From Callorhinchus milii (taxonomy: Eukaryota), in assembly GCF_018977255.1 (NCBI RefSeq), contig NW_024704743.1, forward strand, positions 17,300,001 through 17,364,000: 64,000 nucleotides of DNA, in the 5' to 3' direction. Both the position numbers and the translations under genes were made by a program. Positions 11,481-23,298 of this stretch are shown here, piece by piece. Positions within the stretch are counted from its first letter, which is position 1. Each line of letters opens with the position of its first letter. Under the pieces are notes generated by a model. It was not told where the DNA came from. It saw only the letters and a program-made list of their open reading frames with translations, and did no database searches.

Positions 11481-13789
11481 TAAAGCTTCCCCAAGAAGTT
11501 CATTTGTGCTAAATATGTCTATTTCACTCAACTCTCAACTCCTACAAAGCCCAAATGTGTCTATTACTAAGGAATAACTAGTGACTTTCTTGACGTTCTG
11601 GACAAAATACATGACACACTTGTTTGATGGAAGATATAGCGCAGTGGTGGCCAACTTTTTTGATTAGCCAACAAAATAAATGTTCTTGATTGAATATTTA
11701 AATATTCAATCAAGAAAAAAATGGAAACAAAACATTGATTTAAAACAGATTCACTTAGACCAGTGAGAATGTTCGCTGGACCACTTCTTGGCAGCCCAGT
11801 GGGCCACTTCCGGCCCGGGGGCCCTGGCTACCGTTGGCCTCAACCAACATCTAGATTTCTTTAAAAAAAACAACCCATTCTTATGTTGCTGAGTGAAAGT
11901 GCAGCCAGATTTCAGTTGTGGACAGTTTTGGGTCAAGGGCAATTTGACCGTTAAGTATTTGATTGAAAGAACCATGTGCGTATCTAATCTGTTCAAGGTT
12001 AGAAATGTAATAGCTATATTGTTTTTCATCAAATTGCTTTATGATACAGTGCGCTCATTCTTCATTAATGCTAACATTTGACAAGCAATTCTGATACCGT
12101 AAACAAGTTTGTAAACCTTATTTTATCCATACTTAAATAGAGTGAAATAAGTGTTATGTGATACAAATGTAGAAAATTATCCAGTCATTTGTTCAGCAAT
12201 TTGTTTCTATTATGGTTGGATGTTCACCCCACAATATGACTATAAGTGACTATATGTCTTATACTATTTTTAACTATTATTTTGGTTTCTAGTTTTGTAG
12301 AATTTTGTCCACAAGGGCATTGACATTTTTAAGAAACATATATTTTTGCAAATATGTTGTTGCTTTTGTGGAATGATGGAATAGTAAAGGGACTTTTGTA
12401 GAGTGCTTTAAGTTCTTTTTCATTTTTAAAAAGGATAGAGTAAAATAGCATAAAATGGAGAAATGGTGAGGGCAGCATAGAGGGAAGGAGTAATGGCTTC
12501 AGAGACTAAGAAAAGGACTGATTGGAATTGAATGCATTGGACAATGTAATGTTCTTGGAATTAGAATAAAACACTTTTCCATCGAAAAAAGGGATTGAAA
12601 TATGTCAAATCTAGTTTGAGTCTAGCTACAATATTGCCATTCAAACAGCTAATCTAATAGAATTCAGTTGCTCTGTCACTACAGATGCCACAGAGACTGA
12701 AATCAATGATAGAATAAGTAAATGCATTGTAAATGCAGTGTTACAAATCTTCTACTGTACTTTTCAGAATATCAGTCTGGTTAGACACACAACTAAACCG
12801 TGTACTATTTCTCCAAAAGAATTGCCTACTCTCCACTTTCATATGCTTTCATATTTTTTAAAAAAAGTGCCCCCAAGCCCTACAAATAACGTCTCTAAGC
12901 TCTTAGGATTCCTGGTTCTGATTACTCAGATGTTATAAATACTGTGGGTTTTTGCAGTTGGTAATCCATCCACTGACAGCTGCTTTTGAACACTTGAAAG
13001 ACAACACGCAAACTCATTAGGATACAGTGGTTTTAAAATAGATTACTATATTTCAGGCAAGCAGATGAGATTGATATCTATTTGTCTTCTACTGGTACTT
13101 ATCCTGTGTGTTTGGTCCTTGAAGTGATGTCAGTGGTGATATGATAACCTCCACTGAAGGTAGCCATTTTTTCCAAGTTTCATTTTAGCCCGGAGGCCGG
13201 GGCAGGCAGTCTGACTTCATGGACACAAACCACCACATTATAATAGGATTGCTCAGTTTTATGGGCAGCTTGTAGATGTTTCTGTGTAAGGGTTAATTAA
13301 ATTTGTGAACCAGGGGTGAAGTAAGGACCCAACACAAATTCTTCAATCAATTAATATTTATTAATACTAATTAGTAAAGTTATGCAAGTTACAATCAGGT
13401 AATCAATCAGAAGTAATTCTTACGTATATTTAGTACAATTCACAACAAGTAAAGTTGGCTGGACCAATGTTGTGGAAGAGGTGGAGCAAGAACCAACTGA
13501 CCGGCTGGTACCAGGATTTTTATGTGTCGATTGTTGGTCAGTATGTTGACGGTTGTCTTGATCTTTTTCTTCTTGTGAACCCTTGTAATTCCTTTTAAGA
13601 TGTTGGTTATGGGGGAGCTAGTCCGTTTTCCAAATCTCTGCTCTTCTTTCGTTGAGACACATTGACTTTGTCAAGACATGTGGAATTCAGCTCCACAAAT
13701 ACATCTTTTTAGTCAGATAGTCTCCTCCTGTCGCCAATTAAAATTCCAGCAGTTTGTTTTAAACAAATCTGAGTACCACAGATTTAATG

Positions 13790-14086
13790 CGAAAGGTTGG
13801 GCAAGTTTCCTTACTCCACACTCCTCTGTTTATCTAGCAGTAAGTAGGCACCCGGTTGTTAGTCTATTGGTGGATCGCTTTTCCGGGGGCAATAATTCCT
13901 TCAAAAAAAATTTGGTCACTCAATCCACTGTTTGTGGAACACTGCTGTGTGCAAGCAATTGGCTGCCGTGGATTGCCTACAAAATATACAGTCAATTCAT
14001 TTTATAGTATATTCTGTGAAGTGCTTTGAGGCTTCTAGGAGGCGTAATGAGGCATTCTATCACATGCTAGGATTATTATTATTATT
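13790..14086 (+). mobile_element. Deu-type SINE, long form, 5'-truncated
   Basis: TTGGGCAAGTTTCCTTACTCCACAC through core to (ATT)n tail. Confidence 0.9.
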
Positions 14087-15315
14087 GTGTGGCTAGCAAC
14101 AATGTTTTATCAGCAATGATGTTGAAACTTTGTGTTCTGTTGACATGCTTCAACTGTCCTTGGTCTTTATGACTTACAGCTTTCCTGAAGCAAACAAGTC
14201 CATAAGCCTCCGCAACTTTCACTTTGGTCAACCCTGACTTCTGGTAGTTTATATCATTATTTATTGAGCACCAGTATAGGGCAATACGTTACTGGTTTAC
14301 TTAGCCCCTCTTGTCAAGGCATTCTTGGTATTTTCAGCTGGGTTCATTGTTAAGTATTTTTCAGTTTAGCAATTGTGCTTCTGTGGGATGTATGAATGCT
14401 TTAGTTGTTTGTTGATGGCTAGGCTAGGGATGGAGTCCAAATGAGGAGAAAGCACCACCCCGATTCAATCTTACCAAATACACGCCTTGGTTTGTATAGA
14501 GGCCGGACTCATTGATTTGATGGGCTTCCTTCCTCTCAGTACCGGTCAGTGTCTGGCTACAATAAAGTTTAATTGATCACCATGAGGTTTAATCAATCAC
14601 TGCGAGAAGACCTAGGTTACAGTGTGCTGCCAGTTTATTTCTAAATCTGTGTGGGTATGTTGAACTCTGTGCTGTGATCAAAAATGTGTTAAAGGGATAA
14701 TTTGCTAGGCTCGCATTGGATTCACTAGGTTTTAAAATCTGCCTGTAAAATCCATACCAAATATTGCATGTAAAGTATTTATTTCTAGATGATGTGCCGA
14801 CAGAAATTGGTTATTTATTTGTGTTTCAGCAGAGTCAAACATTGTAATTGTTTTATTATTATTTACTTTATTATTGTTTAATAATAAGCCTTGGATTTGG
14901 TTTTGTGCTCCCAACTTGAAAGGCATTACATCAAATGTACGGATTTTTGTTGTTGTTGTGTCATTCATTATGGATTGTAAAAGAAAAAATTACCGTTTCA
15001 CAGGGAAACATCTGTAAGAAAATAAAATCAGCCAAATCTGTAAGGAAATAACGCTAATTCCTCTAACCAGATATCAGACTGTTTTATTATTATTCGTTCG
15101 TTATTCCCCAATATCCCGATGGGTCAGACCAAAGGCCGGTACAATCAACAGATCTTATAACAGAATAACACCACCGTAGATATCTCGAGTTCAAGAGTTC
15201 AACACTGTGTCTTTCCAGCACACAAGCTTGATTCTCATGCTTTCAGTCTTCTTGCTTACAGCTTTCAATCTTCCATCTGATATCCTCAGTCTTAGTGTTT
15301 CCAGCTCTCAGTTTT

Positions 15316-15744
15316 CCATCTCCCATATCCTTGTCTCTGCAGCCCGGGACGGCCCCATCTCCCGTATCCTTGTCTCCGCGACCCGGGACGGCTCCATTTC
15401 CCGTATCCTTGTCTCCGCGACCTGGGACGGCCCCATCTCCCGTATCCTTGTCTCCACCACCCGAGACGGCCCCATCTCCCGTATCCTTGTCTCCGCGACC
15501 TGGGACGGCCCCATCTCCCGTATCCTTGTCTCCGCGACCCGGGACGGCCCCATCTCCCGTATCCTTGTCTCCGCGACCTGGGACGGCCCCATCTCCCGTA
15601 TCCTTGTCTCCACGACCCGGGACGGCTCCATCTCCCGTATCCTTGTCTCCGCGACCCGGGACGGCCCCATCTCCCGTATCCTTGTCTCCGCGACCTGGGA
15701 CGGCCCCATCTCCCGTATCCTTGTCTCCACGACCCGGGACGGCC
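15316..15744. repeat. 39-bp minisatellite, 11 copies
   Basis: Unit CCATCTCCCGTATCCTTGTCTCCGCGACCCGGGACGGCC; 11 x 39 = 429 bp. Confidence 0.98.
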
Positions 15745-17899
15745 CCGTACACAAAGTTATCGGAACTCTTATACCAATGTTCATCCAATCGTGGTGCGGA
15801 CATTAGATCACCTGTCGAAATCATGCTGGGTTCACATGAGCACCTCATGGGGTGTACGTGCCTCAGCACACGACACATTGTCCTTAAGACCCCTGTTATC
15901 TGATCTAATTGTCGAAGATAGAGGATTGATCAGTTTAGGACTGTATCTGGTGCTCATTATTTTGTGGTGTGGGATCATTAGTACATTCCTTTTAAGTGAC
16001 TGGTTATTTTGTATCAGTATCCCGGGATGGTACTAAGGTCCTCTAGTTTAAGCAACTTGCTCATTAATTGCTATTCTTGAGGGTTGCCTTCTGTTGCTTG
16101 GCCCTGTCAGAATCTAGCGACTTATTGCTCAGTCGAGATCCTGTGTCGACTGGTACCTCTGTGGCTTGTTGTCATTTACTGATAAGAGGTGACCCCCTGC
16201 CCCTGTCCGTCCGTTATTCTTTCAAAAACAGAGAAAACCAGATGTGTCCTATCCCATGACTGTCAGTCCAGTTGTCCCCCACATTTAACTTAAAAGTTAA
16301 CCCATTCACAACATCTATTATGATTCTAGCAGTATACAAAAAGTGTGTATTCTAACACATCTCAAAGCACTTTATTATTGTCAATAAGTAACGTATTTTA
16401 GGTAAACAGGAAGCCAAATATTTGCGTTGGCAAGTCCCACAAACAACCAGTCAACCAGTTTATCTGCAGAATTGTTGATTATGACACTGGGAGAAATTCC
16501 CCTCTTTTTTCAAATAATATTATATGATCTTTAATGTTCACCTCAAAACAAGCAGACCTCAATTTAACATCTCATCTGAAGGATCACACCTCAAACAATA
16601 CTGAGTTCTCCAGATCTGCACTGAAATGTCATCCTACAAAATACTTTAGCCAACACAATGCACAGCCACTACACTTTACAGTAATTCCTGTGAAATGCTT
16701 CCTTCCTGTGAATCCTGTGAAAGGCGCAATATCAAATGCAAGGATTATAAAGATTATTATTATCTTTGATTAGGAGCTCAAATCCCATTGTGGGGCTTGA
16801 ACTCAGAACCTTCTGAGCCAGAGTGCTACTAACTGACCCAAGCTGTTGCCTTATATTGTTAGTTATTAGTTATAAATAAGTAGTAATCGTTGCATTTGAT
16901 ATAGCATCTTTCATAATGGGAAGTCATTTCAAAGCATGTACTCTAAAGTACAGCAACTGTATTTTGTAGGAAATCATGGCAGCCAATTTGCATACAGCAA
17001 TGGCCCAAATTAGTTTTTAGTAAAAGAGAGATCAGTTTGTGCTGCCTTGCTATACCCAATTTGGATAATGTATCCACATTAAGAAGAAGCAATTGTTTAT
17101 TTACTGCTTCTTTCAGATGTGTGTCTCCGGATTGAGTCATCAATGCGTATCTGACTATTTTATATATTCTAAAATGTTACTCCAACATAGTGTCAGGAGT
17201 GCGATCCTTCAAAAGAGACGGTAAACTAAGGCCCTCTTTGCCTATTCGAGTGGATGTTAAAGGTCCCATAGCACTATTCAAAAAGAGAAGGGAGTTCCTT
17301 TCAGTGTCCGGACCAACAATCCCCCCAAATAAAATTGGTAGTTTATTTCATGGCTGCCTGGGGGGCATTGGTATGTGCAAATGGACTGCTGCGTACAACA
17401 ACAACTTGCATTTATATAGCACCCCTCATGCAGGGTAGCGTCCCAGAGTGTTCACATACGACGAGCAAATAGAATGCAAATTTCCCCACCTGTGCCATTT
17501 AAAATCACATTTTAACCACCCCCTCTCCAATTCACCTGGTCCATCTGCTGCCTCCATAACCCATAAATGTTATGTTCCTGGAAGGGAAACACAAAAATAT
17601 TGCTTGTGCAGCACGGGGACGTTTCTCAAATAGGGCATCCGGCCTGCGACAGCCAAAAGCTTGGACCACCCTGGCCTAGCAAACTTTAAACCAGGTTGTT
17701 GTCGTCACTGTTTTTTGGTAATCCCTTTTTAGGATGTGTGCGATGCTGGCCAGTATTTATTGCCCATCCCTAGTTGCCCTGAGAATGTGGTGGTCGGCCT
17801 TCTCTTTAAACTGATGCAGTCCCGGTGCTAATGATCTCTTTCCCCCCCACCGCCCCCCCACAGTGGGGTTAGGAGAGAGTTCCAGGATTTTTGAATCAT

Positions 17900-18212
17900 T
17901 CTTCCAATGTATTTTTCCGCGCACATTATTGAATTGAGCCAGGCTTGGCCATGGTCTGGGGAGATCGCGTGGTCAATGATGCCCTTTATGACATTTCTTC
18001 TGACTTTCTGATGTCATGAACCATGTCACTTCCTCTCGTACACTTTGTCCTGCTCTCATACACTTTGAAGAGCCGCAAATGTCGTACGTTCTCCGATTAT
18101 TCTTGTGCAGGAAAACATCGCCGCAAAGTACAACGGTTGCCCGCAAGACCTGACTGAATGTGTGATTGTTGTGTATGGGGATGATAGGATAGGAGAAGAC
18201 CTTACAAAGGAG
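17900..18212 (+). promoter_or_regulatory. Candidate CROT promoter / non-coding first exon
   Basis: Local CpG enrichment, ETS-like CACTTCCT (~18027), HNF4/DR1-like TACACTTTGTCCT (18039-18051), donor GAG|GTAATT at 18212/18213. CROT needs an upstream exon because its ATG exon has an acceptor at 23158/23159. Confidence 0.3.
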
Positions 18213-18595
18213 GTAATTTTTTTTCCCCCGTCATTTACATACTCCACACATACCCTGATGTTTGACTCAATAATACTGTATCTTGAAACCAGAGGGGAAG
18301 GTTGAAGGGAAGCACAAATGCCATTAGTCTTAGATTATCTACAATATCTAGCTAATTTGGAGATAAAATGTACATCTATTTAAGTGCATGTTCCAGTGTT
18401 TGATTACCTCCTTCCATTAGGTTCATTGAGTAAATAAACCTGCAGATTCTTGAAAGCCTTTTGGAAAATTAAACTTGACAGTCCACTTGCTCTGTACTGT
18501 ACTGTACTGGCTTTAATACACCCCATTAAATTGATGTGCATCAGTGCCTCCAGTTGAAGCTGTGATGCATTTGACCATAAATTATTTTCCACTGG

Positions 18596-19340
18596 ATGTC
18601 ACCCAACTCTATCTCTCTGCCTCCACCCTCGACTCCAGGACCACTGCTATCCTAACAGAATCTGTCAGACATCAAGTCCTGGATGAGAACTAACTTTCTA
18701 CAGTTGAACGTCAACAAGACCGAGGCTCTCCTGATTGACTCCTGTCAGTGCCTCCTCACCTCAGGTGCTGGCAGCATCACCATCCATGGATGCACACTCC
18801 ATCTTACTAACCCAGTTCACAACCTTAGCATCTTGTTTGACCTTCAACTGTCCTTTCTACCCCACATCGGTGCCGCTCTCCGCAACATTGCCTGGCTCCG
18901 CCACTGTCTCAGGCCGCTGAAACCCTCATCCACGTGCTCATCACATCTAGGCTTGAATACGTCAACTCGCTGCTTGTCGGCCTTCCCTTCTCTTCCCCCT
19001 ACAAGCTGCAGATTATCCAGAACTCTGCAGCTCGTGGCCTCTCCCTCACCATGCTCCGTGACTCTATCACCATCACCCTCGCCCAGTTCCATTAACTCCC
19101 CATCCTCCAGAGGATAGTGTTCAAAACCCCTGTCCTTGCCTCCCTCCGTTGCCTCCTTCAAGGCATGTCTCAAGACCCTCCTCTTCGACCGCACCTTTGG
19201 CCACCCTTCTGCTCTCCCTGCCCTCCACCTTCCCTGATCCCAACCCCCCACTGCTCAGGTACAAATCTCTGACTGTCCAGCACCTTGTGACATCCTCCTG
19301 ATGTGAAGCGCGCTATACAAATATAATTTTGTATTGTATG
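18596..19340 (+). mobile_element. L2 LINE 3' fragment (second family)
   Basis: [30 protein letters not shown]; tail GACATCCTCCTGATGTGAAGCGCGCTATACAAAT. Confidence 0.9.
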
Positions 19341-19460
19341 TTTTATTGTGTTCTTGTTATAGTGAGCGATGCCAGCTGGTCACCCAAGCTGAGGGTGGGA
19401 GCAGAAGATGGTGGGCTGGGCGGGAGGGCTAAGGAGACTGAGAGCATGATCAACAAGGCA

Positions 19461-20030
19461 TAGAATCATACAATATTACAGCACAGAAGGAGGCCATTCG
19501 GCCCATCGTGCCTGTGCTGGCTGTTTGAAAGAGCTATCCAATCAGTCACACTCCCCCAATTTTTCCCAATATCCTTGCAAATTTTTCCTTTTCAAGTACC
19601 TATCTAATTCCCTTTTAAAAGTTGTTATTGAATCTGTTTCCACCACCCTTTCAGGCAGTGCATTCCAGTCCATAACAACTCTCTGTGTAAAATAATTTCT
19701 CCTCATCTCCCCTCTGGTTCTTTTGCCAATTATCTTAAATTTATGTCCCCTGGTTACCGACCCACTAGCCAGTGGAAACAGTTTCTCCTTATCTACAAAT
19801 GGGATCAAATCCCTTCATAATTTTGAACATCTCTATTAAATCTCCCCTTAACCTTCTCTGCGCTAAGGAGAACAATCCCAGCTTCTCTAGTCTCTCCGCA
19901 TAACTAAAATCCCTCATCCCTGGTACCATTCTGGTAAATCTCCTCTGCACCCTCTCCAAGGACTTGATATCCTTCGTAAAGTGTGGTGCCCAGAATTGGA
20001 CACTAACCAGTGATTTATAAAGGTTTAACA
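19461..20030 (-). mobile_element. CR1 LINE 3' fragment
   Basis: QFWAPHFTKDIKSLERVQRRFTRMVPGMR, FTQRVV..WNALPERVVE; CR1 tail. Confidence 0.93.
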
Positions 20031-20076
20031 GAACGTGTTTTGAAATGGGGCTTGAGTGAGGGAGGGAGAGAGTCAG

Positions 20077-20400
20077 ATAATAATAATAATAATAATAATC
20101 CTTGCATTTGATATAGCGCTTTTCACGTCTTCTCTTCGTCTCAAAGCGCTTCACAGAATAGACTGTAAAGTAAATTGACTCTATATTTGTGGGCGAAACG
20201 CAGCAGCCAATTGCGCACAGCAGTGTCCCACAAACAGTCGTGGGTTGAAGTGACCAATTTATTATTGTTTTTGTTTTGGAGGGATTATTATTAGTGTGGA
20301 GTAAGGAAACTTGCCCAAGGTTTCGCCCTCTGCCTGGAATTGAACCCAGGTGTCTCGCTTGCAAGGCGAGTGCTCTAACCACTGAGCTACAGGACTCCAC
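20077..20400 (-). mobile_element. Deu-type SINE, short form, full length
   Basis: GTGGAGTCCTGTAGCTCAGTGGTTAGAGC head to (ATT)n tail on the - strand. Confidence 0.95.
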
Positions 20401-20616
20401 AGGATAGTTCCAGCATGGTTAATTAAGATGCAAACACTTCTCCTACCTGATTTAATGTTATAATCAAACAGTTCTATGGATATGCCCCAGATTACTGCCA
20501 TAGATTGTGCATCATTTCCATCCAAATTCGATTAACATATTTTTATTCTGACCATGACCACATACATCTGTAAGGACATCAATTTCATTCTATGTGCAAT
20601 AGTCGAGCCCAAGAGT

Positions 20617-20914
20617 GTGGAGTCCTGCAGCTCAGTGGTTAGAGCACTCACCTTGCAAGCGAGACACCTGGGTTCAATTCCCGGCAGAGGGTGAAACCTT
20701 GGGCAAGTTTCCTTACTCCACACACCTAATAATAATCCCTCCAAAACAAAACAATAATAAATTGGTCATTTTCAATCCATTGCTGTGCGCAATTGGCTGC
20801 TGTGTTTCGCCCACAACTATAGAGTCAATTCACTTTACAGTCTATTCTGTGCAGTGCTTTGAGACGAAGAGAAGACGTGAAAAGCGCTATATCAAATGCA
20901 AGGATTATTATTAT
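20617..20914 (+). mobile_element. Deu-type SINE, short form
   Basis: Same head and tail; small internal deletion in the core. Confidence 0.95.
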
Positions 20915-22279
20915 AGTAAAGCATTGGGCTGTAACACTGACTGGAAAATAACTTCACTGATAATCCCAGTACTTCTCACATGGACCAAAATAGCAAATCT
21001 AAATCAATGAGCAAAGAAGTTAATATATTGTACTTTACATTGCTGCTGCTGCTACTACCAGCTCTGGCAGAAAATGCCCTAACTCTGTTGAAAGTCATTC
21101 ATTTTTTTTTCCACTTCACGGGCATTCTTGAGGAAAGTTTCAATTGATAATGTTTATAAACGTGCTACTAGATCTGATCTTAACAGTGTTACAAAACAGT
21201 ATATTAGGTACAATTGTTATATGTATATACCTATTGTGTATATATAATAAAGGTATATCGCACCATTCACATCGGAAAACTGTCCTAAAGCACTTGGCGA
21301 TGCTGGCTGGTCATCTGAGCTGAGAGTGGGCGGTGAGGAGAGTGGGCAGAGCAGGAGGAGAAAGATGACTGAAAGCACAATTAAAGGGACGTATTATGAA
21401 ACGGGCCTTGAACGAGGGAGGGAGCGAGTTGGATGGAGTTCCAGAGAGTGGGGTAGAATGGTTGAAAATGGAAGATAGGTGGGGGGAGGGCGGCGGGAGA
21501 GAATGACAGAGGAGGAGTAGCGGATAGAGGGGGGTGGGAGGAGAGACATTTAGAGTGGAAGGGGAGGCTCGGGTTGGGGGGGCAGCCGAAACGCGCACGC
21601 AGAAACCGGGAATATCACCCATTTCAAGACTTTGTCTACTACAATCCCTCAGATAAAATTGCCCATTCACTTCATGGCTGTTTGAAGAACATTGCTGTAC
21701 GCAAACTGGCTGTTGTGTTCGTCTACAAATACAGTCACTACACTTTAGAGTAAAATCGCGAGAAGTGTTTTGAGACATTGTGATAAAGTGGTATATCAAA
21801 TGCAAGGATATTATTTAATCAGCATTCTTACTTACCAAGCTCTCTATCTCTTTAAATTACTGTATTGCTGAGGCAGTCCATTCCATATGCCCACAATTTT
21901 TTTCCATATCAGCAGCTTGGCTCTAATTTTAAATACAATGAGAGTGAACGTTCTCTATTTGCATTGTCATTTCCCTTCATTATAGTGAATACATAAATCT
22001 TTCACCTCCAGAATTCCCATATATATAATAAATAATATAATAAAGTGTTGTCAGATATATTAGACAAGTGTAGTTAGAAAGTGAGCTGCCACTTTGACAA
22101 GCTTTTTCCTTATGTGTGCACTGCTGGGAGAGCAATGCTAGAAAATGTTACAGACTGTTAGGCCCTTGCTTTTCCCAGATCAATCCAGGAATCTGGTTAA
22201 AGTTCCAGCAGTGAATGAAGGATTTTACTCTGGGATAATGAAGCAGATCTTGGTATTTCTTTTACTGATATATGAATAT

Positions 22280-22760
22280 AGGAAAGAGTGCAGATTAAGC
22301 TTATGAGGATGATTCCAAGGCTGTAGACTTACTACTATCAGAATAGACTGGCTGGGTTGGGCCACTTTTTGATAAAGAGGAGAAAAATTTAAGGGGGACA
22401 TAATAGAGGTGTTCAAAATTATAAAAGCGTTCGATAATGTTAGCATAAATAGGCTGCTCACACTTGTCAGGGGACAGAAGGATAAAATAGTGACTAGGGG
22501 ATCAAAAAGAGAATTTAGGAGGAAATGCTTCACACACAGAGTCGTGAGATTGTGGCACTCATTCCCCAAAGTGTGGTTGAATCAGATAGTATTGATGCAA
22601 TCTTGAGGTATATATATATATACATACATGAGGGAGAAGGGAATAGAAGTGTATGAGAGGGGGTAAGGAGTATGTGGAGTCTTGTGTGTGTTGTAAATAC
22701 CAGCGTGGATCCTGTTGGACTGAGTGGCCTGTTTCTGTGCTGTGCATTCTTTATAAATCT
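22280..22760 (+). mobile_element. Old CR1 LINE 3' fragment
   Basis: RGDIIEVFKIIK, FTHRVVRLW remnants; GGCCTGTTTCTGTGCTGT tail. Confidence 0.8.
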
Positions 22761-23182
22761 TTACAAATTACCCAACACTTCCAGAACTGAGTCCTGTTGG
22801 TTAGATTCAGAACGATAAAGGTGAGAAGAGATTTCTACTTCTCAGAGATGAATGATTATAAATTATTTTGCTGAAGTTAAAACATACCATTGTCACTATA
22901 TCACAGAATGAACTCAGAAGAAGCAAAAGCTAAGTGCAGCTGAAATTTGTACAATAGTAACTGAGAAAAGGGCTGCTGAGGCCATTTCATAAGAGATAAA
23001 ACAATCATAAATGGCTTATCTTGGGTCTGTTACGACTGGGATGGTTACAAATGAGACGGTTTTTTGGTTTTCAAAAAACTTCCTCTAATGTGAATTTGCT
23101 GTACATACTGTGTATGCTACAGTATGTTTAACGGATTTATTAATGTTACTTACAATAGGTCTGAAACTTCAATTGAGAAGAC

Positions 23183-23298
23183 ATGGATGGTCAGATGTTC
23201 GAATCAAATGAAGAGCGTACGTTTCAGTATCAGGACTCGCTGCCCTCCTTTACCTGTGCCCAACTTGTGCCAAAGCATAACCAAGTATTTGGATTCAG
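23183..23298 (+). CDS. CROT: CROT coding exon 1 (exon starts 23159; extra T at 23249-23251)
   Basis: [22 protein letters not shown] / [16 protein letters not shown]; 116 nt where 115 is required; acceptor AATAG|, donor CAG|GTACAG. Confidence 0.93.

Larger units (their letters stand above)
13283..16310 (-). mobile_element. Candidate long LTR-like or non-autonomous element
   Basis: Termini TGTGTAAGGGTTAA ... TTAACCCATTCACA (TG..CA, imperfect inverted repeat); - strand AATAAA 75 bp from the end; CCAAT+TATA-like block; internal tandem array. No target-site duplication found. Confidence 0.4.

Noticed and set aside
15316..15744. CRISPR-like array
   Set aside because: Head-to-tail units with no unique spacers; vertebrate context.
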